This document shows positions 51,020 to 62,820 of a stretch of DNA of 64,000 nucleotides, piece by piece (position 1 is the stretch's first letter; each line of letters starts with the position of its first letter). The stretch is from Octopus sinensis (taxonomy: Eukaryota): NCBI RefSeq assembly GCF_006345805.1, contig NC_043016.1, forward strand, positions 10,788,001 to 10,852,000, read 5' to 3'. Both the position numbers and the translations under genes were made by a program. The notes beneath the pieces are model-generated. The model made no database searches. It worked only from the letters and a program-made list of their open reading frames with translations, and had not been told where the DNA came from.

Positions 51020-53560
51020 GTTTAACGTCCGTTTTCCGCGCTAGCATGGGTTGGATGGTTTGACCGGTGTCTGGGAAGCCAGGGGCTGCCCAGGCTCCAG
51101 TCTGATCTGGCAGTGTTTCTACAGCTGGATGCCCTTCCTAACGCCAACCACTCCATGAGTGTAGTGGGTGCTTTTTACGTGCCACCGGCACAGGTGCCAG
51201 GGGAGTCTGGCATCGGCCACGATCGGTTGGTGCTTTTAACGTGCCACCGGCACGGAAGCCAGCCAAGGCGGCGCTGGCTTCTGATGAATATATATTTTTT
51301 CACAAGTCAAGCAGTTAATACTGTACATTAGGTTTCTGCCCTGAGGTTCATATTTACACGTGTTAATATTTGTCCTTCAGTTTAAGTGTTGATATAATGA
51401 TCAACATATTTAAATTGATTGGCACTAAAACATTTGTCATTGCACTTAGATATCATGAAGTTTTTGTTACTGTTATTTAAATTGAATTTTTCCTTTGTCA
51501 ACTTTTGTTTTGAGTTTTTGTCATCTGCTTTGAACAAGCTGGTAATTAAATTCTTTAATTTATCACTTTGATAATTTGGTAACATTAAATGTATTACTGT
51601 TCTGTGAATTTGGGTCATTACAAAAAGTAATAAATCTTGGTTCTAAGTTCTTTTTGGGGGGGTTGAGGTGGGGGGTCACTCAGAGTTATTTCATGAACAT
51701 TTGTATTACATAATCAATACCATTTTGTATAAGTAAGAGAAGGTATTTTTGCTTCTTTCTTTTATTTCTTTTATATGTTTCAGTCATGAAACAGGAGTTG
51801 TAGCCATGCTGGAGCACAAAGTAGAAATCCCATGACTTCAGTGGGTCAGTTTTCTCTAAAATTCCATCATCAACAATAAAATCTCCTGGCTAGACAGGAT
51901 GCTACATTTTGCATATACTAAGTGGTATAATTTGAAGCTCCAACATGTGTCTGTTTTTTGGTTGTTGGTTTCTTATAATAGTGTATATCTATTGTGATAT
52001 TGGTGAAACTTTTAATTACCGTTTTTGTTGAGAAGTGGTAATTTTGAAGCACTCATCTCTTTTATAAATTTTGTAGTGACGCTATTTTGGAAGTCTTCAG
52101 CACGCATGTGCAGAGTTGAATTACTTCCGGTAGGCCACCGGAAGTTCCCTCATGTGCATGTGCAGAGAACTACCAACAGAAAGATTTCCTGCTGGATCTG
52201 TCTTTTTCGAAGCAGCAGCCGAATTGAGTGGACACGACTCAAGGTTCTCTCAAGCAAGCCAACACATAGAGAAGCTCCTTCTATGCTGGAATGAGACAGC
52301 ATTTGGCTCACACAAGTTAACTAATGTGACTAGTTTTGCCCTGAAGGAAATATATGTATATATATCATTTGCGAATCCAGAAAAATAAATATTTATTGCT
52401 GTTGAAGATATTCGAAGTCTTGGTTTTCCTTCCAACAAATAATTTAATGTAACAGCATAAGGCCAGCACCCCTCAAGTGTTCCAGAGACCTTCATCCTTG
52501 TTACAATTTCAAGGCTTGCAATAAATTGTGCACATGGACGCTGAAACATCTACAAATTTTGTCCAAATTAGAAAACAGCCAGAAAGAAAATCTTTCCATG
52601 TGCCCTCAATATATCTCCTAAATTTAGTCACAGTTTTCCATTACATTTTGATATAGTTTTGTTCCAAGTTTCCCATTACTGGGGTTGCCTATTCTAGATC
52701 AAATTTGGTTCCCATGGCAGCATCTCTAATTTGTAGATAATTTTCCTTACTGAAAAAAAAAAGTATTGTTCTCAAGAAAAAGGCCGATACTATCTAATAT
52801 AAAGTCTATGGTGAATCTACTCAGAATCACTGCATGTATTTTGGCACAATATTTGATTACTGTAATTCTTAAATCATGTGGAATATTCAAGTAGAGGCCT
52901 ACTACATCAAAATGAACCAACAACAAATATGTTCCTGTTATTTTGGATAATTGCAACAGGAAATCAATGTCATGCCTAATAAAACCTTCTCATGGTTATA
53001 GCAATTTTACATATTCACCACCTACTTCTTTCACTGCATTATTAATTTCCTTGACCAATGTATTCTCTGTAAGCCATATTAGTTGCCAGGCTTTAGTTCA
53101 ATATTGATAAGGCAATCTTTTTCCTCAGCAGTAAATGAATTATGATGATTTAAAACCAATTTTGCAGAGCTGCTTCACAATACAATGATGTATATTTGCA
53201 GGCATTTCTAAATAAAAGGTTATATTTCCCAGTTGATCCTCAGCTAAATGTTGATAACATTCATCACTTAATATGTCAAAAGCACCATTTTTAGAAGCAT
53301 GGCTGGTGACTCTTGTTTCATCGTTTTGGAATTGTTAAAGGTGCAACCTTCTCTGATTTGATAATATTTTGTCGAACATAAGTATTCTGCTTAATTTGGA
53401 GGTTTGCAAAGCATATCAATATATTGGTGTGGAGGAATATTTCTTGTTTCTGTTGGGGTGTATTTTGATTCATTCCTAACCAGATATTCATCAGACTCAC
53501 TATTTTCATCGACAAAAATCTCAACCAATCATAGTTTATAACAGAATTTGTAGATATCCT
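50772..53560 (-). mobile_element. Decayed Penelope-like retroelement (RT + GIY-YIG endonuclease)
   Basis: Fragments in order: FIRHDIDFL; FDVVGLYLNIPHD; FLENNTFFF; YLQIRDAAMGTKF; WKDFLSGCFLIW (RT5); KFIKEMSASKLPLL; TIDIHYYKKPT; KLTKEKF..SKCNDKC; NLMYSINCLTCEKIYI (GIY-YIG); IHQQQI..IPFGTHLKTYC..FPLYKL..FIEKLKPVSNG*. Many stops and frameshifts; interrupted by a solo LTR and an RTE-tail repeat. Confidence 0.85.
52072..52505 (+). mobile_element. Solo LTR (Gypsy-like) inserted in the Penelope RT
   Basis: TGTAGT...GTTACA termini, 4-bp TSD ATTT (52068-52071 and 52506-52509), internal AATAAA at ~52384; the Penelope protein motifs resume on both sides. Confidence 0.7.
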
Positions 53561-53593
53561 CCTCTAGTTCTTGATAGTTGTCTGTTGGAATAG

Positions 53594-54810
53594 TCATCAT
53601 CATCATCATCATCATTTAACGTCTGTTTTCCATTCTGGCATGGGTTGGACGGCTTCACTTGAAAACTGGTAAGCCGGGGATCTGCACCAGGTTTCTACAG
53701 CTAGATGCCCTTCCTAACACCAACCACTCCAAGTGTGTAGTGGATGTTTTTCACATGCCGCCAGCATGAGTGCCATTTATCTGACATTGATATCAGCCAT
53801 GACTACGGTCTCACTTGGCTTGACAGGTCTACATAAGAATGGTATATAACCAGAGGTCTTTTTTCACATGCCACCAGCATGGGTGCCAGTCAGACAACAT
53901 TGGCATCAGCCACGACTACAATTTCATTTGGCCTGACAGGTCTTCACAAACACAGCATATCATCCAATGTTTGAAGGGTGCTTTTAAAGGGCCAGTTATG
54001 TGATAATGGTATTGGCCATGACTATGATCTCACATGGCTTGATGTGTCTTCTCAAACATGGCATATCACCAAGGGTCTCAGTCACCTATGGTGTAAATGA
54101 GGTTCAAGGAACAAGGAAAAAAATTGTATCAGGCACAGGGCACAAAATTTATGGCACATGGCATGAGGAACAAAATTTATAGTATTTGGCATGAGATACA
54201 AGATATGAAATTTATGATACATGGCACAAGGAACAAAATTTGAGGTATATGGCACAAATCATAAACCTCCATGAAGCCCAACATTCACCACTTTGTCCCA
54301 TATCTTCTTGGGTCTACCTCTTCCACAGGTTTTCTCCACTGTTAGAGTGCAACACTTCTTCATACAGCTGTCCTCATCCATACACATCACATGACCATAC
54401 CAATACAGTTGTCTCTCTTGCAAACCACATCTGATGCTTCTTATGTCCAACTTTTCTGTCAGGATGCTTACACTCTGTTGTGTATGCATACTGACATTAC
54501 ACATCCAGCAGAGCATACTAGCCTACACATGTCCTCTGCAGTTACAGCACATGTTTCACTGCCATGTAGCATGGCTCTTCACACACAGGTATCATACAGT
54601 CTGCCTTTCAATGAGCGAGAGGCCTTTGTTACCAGCAGAGGTAGGAACTCTCTAAACTTTGCCTAGTCTAATCATATTCTAGCAGCTATGCTCTCAGAGC
54701 ATCCACCCCTACTACTAACCTGTTTACCTGGGTAATGGAAGCTATCAACTACTTCTAGTTCTCTCCCCCCACCCCAGCATGTGATGGAATCTATTTTCTG
54801 TACATGGTTA
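53594..54810 (-). mobile_element. Old RTE LINE 3' fragment
   Basis: ELEVVDSFHY.G, LHGSETC, RQLYWYGHVMCM..GRGRPKK, 3' UTR and (GAT)n tail. Confidence 0.8.
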
Positions 54811-56277
54811 GAGTCATAAATTTTAACTAACATGGGATAATTATATGAAGAAGAAAAGTTAATAATATATTAGTTAAAGAGCAATATTGTTTTCTAAACA
54901 ATTCTAACTTTCCAAGCTAATCAGTGGTTATACTTTTATATTTACATACTGACCCATCCATCATTTCTGCTGCTTTACCCTATATCTCTTTCTCACATTC
55001 ACCTTGTAGCTTGGCCACATCTTTCTCTCTCTCACTCACTCAATCTCTCTCTCCCTCTCCTTTCAGATGAAGAAGCCTATAAGTCACCCCTTCAGCAAGA
55101 CATCTGTTCCTGACCTTCTATACTTATTTCTTATCCCTCAATTCTTTACCCCATTCATCAGTTGATGGATTTTGTCATGCTGGTACCTGGAGACCTTACC
55201 AGTGCTGGTGCTGTGAAAAAATTTCATCAGTACACTCTCTAGAGTGGTTGGCATTAGGAAGGGCATCCAGTTGTAGATACCATTACAAAGTAGGCATTGG
55301 AACTTGGTACAATGTCATGGGTTGGGTGGCTTGTCATTACATGTAGAACCATTCAGCCCATACCAGTATGACAAAAGGGACATTAAACAATGATGATGAC
55401 AACGACGACAACGATGATGGTGGAGGTGATGATGATGGTGATAACGATGATGATGACGATTCCTTTAGCACTACTTAGGTAAATATGCTGGAGTCTGTTA
55501 AGCTGATACGGTAATAACAAAACTGAAATATCTCCAAAGTTGTTGCTCATTCTTGCAAAGAAAAAAAATTTATAGAAAGAATATTTGTTACATAATTAAA
55601 ACATGGAGATAATGAGTTTAAGTTCACCTGCAAGTGAATTTTGATGTATTTCTACTTAGAAATCTTTATTCTACATTTCATCAGCTTAGCTAATCAGTTC
55701 CAGAGATCACTTGGAAGCAACTTTAGCCTCAAACCTGAACATAATAGATTTTAGCTTATTTTTACCATTGAATGTGGAATTTAACTTCTGGTTTTGAATT
55801 ACATGTAATGGTTGCATATCGTATCCAATATTACATTAATCATGCACCTCATAAACTTTGTCTAGGAGACTTTTTTTTTTCTTAAGCATACAATTTACAT
55901 ATAACAGATAAATTTCCATCATCATCGTTATCATCATCATCATTGTCATCATCACCATTATCATCATCATTTAGCGTCTGCTTTCTATGCTGGCATGGTT
56001 TGGACTGCTTGACTGAAACTAGTAAGCTGGAGAGTTGTACCAGGTTCCAATCTGATTTGGCATGGTTTCTACAGCTGGATGCTCTTTCTAATGCCAACCA
56101 CTCCAAGAGTGCAATAGGTACTCTTTATGTGCCACTGGCACAGGTACCACTTACATAGCACCAGCATTGGCCACAACTATGATTTCATATGCCTTGACAG
56201 GTCTTCACAAGCATGGCATAAGGCCAAAGGTCTTGGTCACTTGTCATTGCCTTAGAGGAAATAATAAAACTACTCAC

Positions 56278-56436
56278 TGCATGAACTTGATCTTCAAGAC
56301 CTCTCTTTATTGGAAGAATTAATGCCCTTAGAATTGTTCGGGCATCCTCATTGATGGCATGCTGCCTGATTTGCTGTGATAAACTTTCCAGAGCTTCTTC
56401 ACGATGAGCATAACTTTTTGAGTAAGTTTTAGATAC
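56278..56436 (-). CDS. CEP104: CEP104-like exon (TOG HEAT repeats A/B)
   Basis: tttcag|VSKTYSKSYAHREEALESLSQQIRQHAINEDARTILRALILPIKRGLEDQVHA|gtgagt; 159 nt, phase 0-0. Confidence 0.88.
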
Positions 56437-56504
56437 CTGAAATCATAGCAGAAAATAATAGAATACAAATTTCTATTGGCAAGAAAATAAGCACTGAGTA
56501 TAAT

Positions 56505-57180
56505 GCATCGATACAAAGCACAAAATTTGTGGTGTAAATGAGGTCCAAGGAACAAGGAACAAAATTGTATCAGACACAAGGTACAAAGTTTATGACACAT
56601 GGCATGAAGAACAAAATTTATAGTACATGGCACATGGTATAAACTTCTGGCATGGGACACAAAACATGTATGAGATACAAGATATGAAATTTATGATACA
56701 TGGCATAAGGAATAAAATTTGAGGTATATAGCACAAAGCATAAAACTTGTAGTATGAAGTACAAAAGTTTGTGGTGTGTGGAATAAGGAAAAAATTTTTG
56801 GTACAAAGTACAAGGCATAAAATTTAAAGAATGAGGCACAGAACTCGTAAAAGACACAAGATAAGAAAATTGTAGTACATGGTACAAGGCACGAAATTTG
56901 AGTACAAAGTACATTGTTCGAAACTTGTGGTATGAGGTATAAGATACAAAATTTGTGACACAAAGGCAAGTGGCACAAAAATTGTAGTACGAGGGACAAA
57001 ACTCAACTCAAGCTACAAGGCACAAAATTTGTAGCACATGGCACATGGCTCAAAACTTCTTGCTTGAGATACAAGCTACAAATTTTGAGGGATGTGATAT
57101 GAAATGCAAAACTTGTGATTTAAGGTACAAAGTACAAATTTGAGGCATTAAGCATAACAAACTGGATATGATGCACACAA
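56505..57180. repeat. Degenerate minisatellite (..ggcacaaaatttgtggtac.. units)
   Basis: Recurrent acaaaa(t/c)ttg..gtac/ggcac units; a related segment lies at 54090-54260. Confidence 0.65.
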
Positions 57181-58188
57181 GACATTGTTATAAAACCAAA
57201 AACTGGTTGTTTGGATTTACTGGCATCATATTATTTCTTATAATACTAGCATTCCATTGGTTACATGACAAAGTTTCTGAGTGATCCAATCAATGGAACA
57301 GCCTGCTAATGAAATTAACATGCAAGTGGCTGAGTACTCCACAGACATATGTACCGTTAATGTAGTTTTCAGTGAGATTCAGCATGACACACAGAATGTG
57401 ACAAGACTGGCCCCTTTGAAATACAGGCACAATTTGTTTTTGCCAGCTGAGTGGACTGGAGAAATGTGAAATAAAGTGTCTTGCTCAAGGAATCGAACTC
57501 AAGACCTAATGATTGAGAGGCAAATACCGTAACCACTAAGCCGCACACACCTTCTTATAAACACAGCAGTTAAATCACTCTCAGAATAAACATGAAAACA
57601 AAAGCAAAACGAAACGACCGGTTGGAGTTGCTGCTGCAACATGGAAACACAAACAGTGCAGCGAGTGAGAGGTGTCAAGTGTGCTTAAGAAACCAAAACG
57701 TGTTCAATTACGATTAAACATAATAATCTTTTATAACAATAATTTGAAAGCAATTAACACGATTGCCTGCAGATTATCAGATAATCGTTCTGCATGAAGC
57801 CAATGATTATAGTTATGGATATATTATGAGAATCTAGGTGCAAAAAGTGAAATTATTATAACGATTCCGATAATTATTATTTCAATGCTTTTTCCTTTCT
57901 TTCTTGTTTGCTTTTTTATATTTTTTTTTTCATTTTCATTTTTTTTTGTGAGTAAAACGATGTAAAGTGATTAAGGGTTGGGAAAGAGGGGTGATTGTGG
58001 CTTTTGATTTTAAACTAAAGCTAAAACCAGAAGTTTGTGTGTTTCTAATTTCTAATTAAATATTCTATCGTAAAATAATAGCATATAAATTAAGTTTTAG
58101 ATTCAATTTAAAATGTTAAAAATGTGACAATTTGGTTATATTTAGTCATACGAAATAAGAAAACAAAAGTACAACATGATACTTGCAT

Positions 58189-58259
58189 TATAATACAAAT
58201 ATAATACAAATATAATACAAATATAATACAAATATAATACAAATATAATACAAATATAA
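58189..58259. repeat. 11-bp tandem repeat (TATAATACAAA) x6
   Basis: Seen directly in the sequence. Confidence 0.9.
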
Positions 58260-59304
58260 TTTATGTACTTTTTGTACTTTTTTATGACTTATTCTATATA
58301 TAAATAGTTTCTTTTTAATTGATTTTTGTTTTGTTTTTCTTTTGTTTTCTTACTTGATCATTTTTATATGAAATTGGAAATAAAAGAAAATATTATTACA
58401 AAATGGTAATGCAGATTTAGATATGGTCATGTGACTGAGAAGCTTAATTTGCAATGATATGGTTGGTTCTTGGTTTGATTCTAATCTCTGGTGTTGGTAG
58501 TGGTGGTGGTGGTGGCTGTTTTGGTAGTAGTAGTTGTGGTGTGGTGGCAGTAACATGGTGATGGCAGTGGTGGCAGCAATGATGGTGATGGCCACTACAA
58601 TGACCAGGAGGAGGACAAGGAAGATTGATAAAAGGGGACAATGAGAGAATGAGGATGGGAGGATGGACAGATGGGATGATGGGAGGGGAGAAAAAGAAGA
58701 GGAAGGGGAAAGATGATGATGAGGAAGAGGAGTGGGTGAGAATGTAGATGTCAACAGAAGACACCTGTTCACAAGGTGCTGTACATTGTGGCCAAAACTC
58801 TGCATAGAATTAAAGGTACTACCCAGTCAACATGCAGGAGGTGGAGTACTGAAGTGGACCCCAACTGGGTATTTTTGTTTTCGTTATTGTTTTTATACAG
58901 TTAAATATAATAAGCCAAACCAACCAACAGAAGACCTAGGGGTAGACCAAGAATGATCTGAGACCTCCGTCTGAGACACAGACCATGGGATTGCATCTAG
59001 AAAGTTACCCTCCCAGGCACAAGTCTGGGCAAGGTTGTTTATGGAAGACCAGCAGTCGCCCATGCATACCAGCCTCCCCTCTCCACACCACCAGTGTTTA
59101 CCCAAGGGAAAAGCAAAGGGGCCGATACAGCTTGGCACCAGTGACGTCGCAACTCATTTCTACAGCTGAGTGAACTGGAGCAATGTGTGAAATAAAGTGT
59201 CTTGCTGAAGAACACAACATGCAGCCCAATTTGGGATTCGAGCTCACAACCTCACGATCGTAAGCTTGACGCTCTAACCACTAAGCCATGCACCTTCACA
59301 TAAT

Positions 59305-59650
59305 GAATGAAACGGTTGAATAATATCCACAGTCTTAGTAGGTAATGCTTGGGGATCCATTTAGAAATTATAATGACAACTGCTTCTGATAAGACCCTAT
59401 GGAGGAGGAGATGCCTGAGGATTATCCCTATGTCTGGCAAGAGACCTAGGGGTAGACCAAGAATGGAATGGTTGGATAATATCCATAGTCTTGGTAGGTC
59501 ATGCTTGGAGTTCCATTTAGAAAGTATAATGACAGTTGCTTCTGATAGGACCCTATGGAGGAGGAGATGCCTAAGGATTCTTTCATTACAGCTTCTGATA
59601 GGACCCTATGGAGGAGATGCCAGAGGACTTTACAACCCATGACCCTCCCA
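59305..59650 (+). repeat. Tandemly repeated 3' end of a different RTE family
   Basis: GKRPRGRPRMEWLDNI..ASDRTLWRR; gcttctgata(a/g)gaccctatggaggag occurs three times. Confidence 0.65.
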
Positions 59651-59841
59651 GGAGTAGTGGGTGGGTGCAGAGGAAATGGTTGAGTGATTGGATGGTTTTA
59701 CAATGATGCTATTTGAAAATTTATCCAATAAAGTAAACAAAAATTTTCAGAAATTAAATATAACAACAAAAAAAAATGAAAAAGAAAAAATGCAAATAAA
59801 ATGAAATTCTTAAGAAACAAAAGAAAAATACATATATTTAC

Positions 59842-59924
59842 CAAATGCATGCCAAATACATTGATGGCTGCTGAAGCTTCTCGCATATCTTTCTCTGTTA
59901 AAGGTTCGATATCATCTTTGCTTT
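59842..59924 (-). CDS. CEP104: CEP104-like exon (start of TOG domain)
   Basis: ctttag|AA AGC... translates (E)SKDDIEPLTEKDMREASAAINVFGMHL|gtaaat; resembles vertebrate CEP104 EPLTEKALREASSAIDVLG as I recall it. Confidence 0.88.
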
Positions 59925-60074
59925 CTAAAGTATATTATAACCAACAGAAAGAAATTTATTAAAGGCTCAAAGAAAAAAATAAAGAAAAAAAGGAACCCCA
60001 AAAAACAGTAAAAGTAAAGGTTCGGAAAATCAAAAAAGAGATTAAAATTTATGACTGCCACTTTTTATAGAATA

Positions 60075-60480
60075 CTAGCAGCATAGCCCGGCGTTGCCTG
60101 GGTATGTAAGAGCCCCTAGTAGGCAACGACTAATCCCAATCTAGTTCTTTCCCTCTAGGGAACAAACGTGCATGTGTAGGTTGCCATGTCTTCTCTTCAC
60201 TCGAATACTTCTATGTATACGATGTTCCTTGCTGTCTCCCGACAGAAAATGTGTTGCATATAAAAAGCTTAGATTCTTGACCCCATGTTGAATTTATCGA
60301 TTTTTTTCAGAACTGGGGGAACTTTTCAAAATTTTCGCTGCGGTAGTTTTGAATTATGACATTGGGCTATGGGTGTGTCAAGTTTCATCAGAATCGGTTG
60401 AAAGCCGTGGTCAGGGTGAGGGTACAACCTGACAGCCACACAGACACACAGACAGACAAAGTGCCGTTTATATATATAGA
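60075..60480 (-). mobile_element. Non-autonomous Helitron
   Basis: TCTATATATATAAAC start; 3' CCCAGGCAACGCCGGG hairpin plus CTAG|T. Confidence 0.75.
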
Positions 60481-60764
60481 GATAGAGAAGAGATAGAGAT
60501 AATTCCTTCCTATCTACAACCCTACCCCTTCCATCCCTTCACACCCCGAATTCTTTTTTGGTTCATTAAGGATTCTATACTTAGCGCATGCATGGCTGTG
60601 TGGTAAGAAATTTGCTTCCCAGCCACATGGTTCCAGGTTCAGTTCTACTGTGTAGCTGTTTCATACCAATACATACATCTAAAGCAGGGGTTCTCAACCA
60701 CTTTTTTTTTTTATATCTATGGACCCCTTTGATTATTATTTTATTCTGGTGAATCCCCATAGCT

Positions 60765-60938
60765 AGGAGTGGCTGTGTGGTAAGTAGCTTGCTAACCAAC
60801 CACATGGTTCCAGGTTCAGTCCCACTGCGTGGCATCTTGGGCAAGTGTCTTCTGCTATAACCCCGGACCGACCAAAGCCTTGTGAGTGGATTTGGTAGAC
60901 GGAAACTGAAAGAAGCCTGTCGTATATATGTATATATA

Positions 60939-60971
<33 letters not shown>

Positions 60972-61168
60972 TTGTCCCCCTAGCATTGCTTGACAACCGA
61001 TGCTGGTGTGTTTACGTCCCCGTAACTTAGCGGTTCGGCAAAAGAGACCGATAGAATAAGTACTGGGCTTACAAAGAATAAGTCCAGGGGTCAATTTGCT
61101 CGACTAAAGGCGGTGCGCCAGCATGGCCGCAGTCAAATGACTGAAACAAGTAAAAAAGTAAAAGAGTA
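60765..61168 (+). mobile_element. tRNA-derived SINE family B (CORE-like GCACCTTGGGCAAGT segment)
   Basis: GGAGTGGCTGTGTGGTAAG..GGTTCAGTCCC head, internal (TA)/(TG) tract, tail ..GACTGAAACAAGTAAAA. Other copies at 5720-6090, 7060-7462(-), 14400-14630 plus 15540-15690(-), 17095-17483, 27065-27350, 49552-49950(-) and 50180-50597(-). Confidence 0.88.
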
Positions 61169-61261
61169 TAGCTACTTGATGTTTAGAGATTAGTTTTATA
61201 AAAACTTTTCAAAATTCCTATTTTGTTTTCTTGCTATACATACCAATACATACATCTAAAG

Positions 61262-61611
61262 CAGGGGTTCTCAACTATGTTTTTATCTATGAACCCCTTT
61301 GATTACTATTTTATTCTGGTGGAGCCCCAAGCCATTCTATGTTCAAAAACTAGTTTTATAGATACTTCTTTCAAAATTCCTATTCTGTTTTTCACACATT
61401 AACTTGTGTAGCTTTATAATAATGCACTCCGAGAGAACATAGCCAGAAACATGTAAAACATTTTGAGAAACAAACCTGTATCTCACAATAAATAAATCTA
61501 AAGCAGAATTTATTCACTGACCCTTAAAATATTACTGCAAATCCCCAATTTACTATTTTGCTTATGAGAACCTACAGAAATTTCATATGGACCCCCAGTT
61601 GAGAACCATTG
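61262..61611. mobile_element. hAT-type MITE (left part locally duplicated at ~60660-60760)
   Basis: TIRs caggggttctcaac / gttgagaaccattg. Confidence 0.65.
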
Positions 61612-61760
61612 ATCTTATCCCAACAGCCTTGAGATTCAGAAGGAATAACCCGAAAGTTTGCAAAGGCATTTAATCTCCATAATGCACAACAATCATTTCT
61701 CCTAAATACTTGAAGCTAGCATCAATAGTAAATGTCATTAATTAGCTTTAAGTTCTTCAC

Positions 61761-61843
61761 CTGTAGGAACTTTGACATCTTCGGGTTCTTGATCATTTAA
61801 GTCATCAGGCTTCTCTTCCACTGGCATAGAAATTCGTTTTGAT
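61761..61843 (-). CDS. CEP104: CEP104-like exon (linker before TOG domain)
   Basis: ttacag|A TCA AAA... translates SKRISMPVEEKPDDLNDQEPEDVKVPT(G|gtgaag). 83 nt, ends in phase 1, matching the next exon. Donor is weak and the sequence is poorly conserved. Confidence 0.6.
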
Positions 61844-62099
61844 CTGTAATGGTAGTGTTTAGTGTTTGTATTAGATGTGTCCAGTTGCAATCCTCGCTTG
61901 CAAAACGGTAAGTTAACACCTAACATTCTTCGGAATCACGCTCAAATCTGTTTGTTCATCTAAAAACCAATAATGACTTACTGTGTACTCTCGGCAGCCA
62001 AATGCTTTCATTACCAAATGCCATTGAACTTTACACATGCGACTCTGATAGCCTGCCATTTTACTGCGAACATATATGTCAGATGTATATAAATGTCTC

Positions 62100-62595
62100 C
62101 ATGTATATATGTATGTGTATTTGTACATGTGTGTGTGTGTGTGTGTGTGCGTACATATATATATGTGAGTGTGTTTGCATGTGAGCATATTTGTGTATGT
62201 ATGTGTGTACGTGTGTGTATGTGCATGAGTATATGTGTGTATGTATGTGAGTGTGAGTATATATGAGTATTTCTGTGTATTGAATGTTTCTCTGTGTGTA
62301 TGTGTGAGTGTTTGGGCATGTGTGTGTGTGTGTTCGAGCATGTGTGTGTGTGTGTTTGTGTGTGCATGTGTGTGTGTTTGTGCGTGTGTGTGCGTGCATA
62401 TATATGTGTGTTTGCATGTGAGCATATTTATGTGTGTTTGCATGTGAGCATATCTATGTGTGTGTGTGTATGTGCATGAGTATATGTGTGCATGTATGTG
62501 AGTGTGAGTATACATGAGTATTTCTGTGTATTGAATGTTTCTCTGTGTGTATGTGTGAGTGTCTGTGCATGTGTATGTGAGTATTTGAGCATGTG

Positions 62596-62643
<48 letters not shown>

Positions 62644-62747
62644 AGCATGTGTGTTTGTGTGTGCATGTGTGTGTGTTTGTGCATGTGTGTGTGTGTGTGT
62701 TTGTGTGTGTTTGTGTTTGTTTGTGATTGTGTGTATGTTTGTGTGTT

Positions 62748-62786
<39 letters not shown>

Positions 62787-62820
62787 GTTTGTGTGTGTGT
62801 GTGTGTGTCTGTGTGTGTTT
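62100..62820. repeat. (TG)n-rich block with a ~250-bp internal duplication
   Basis: gagtatttctgtgtattgaatgtttctc at ~62266 and ~62517. Confidence 0.9.
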
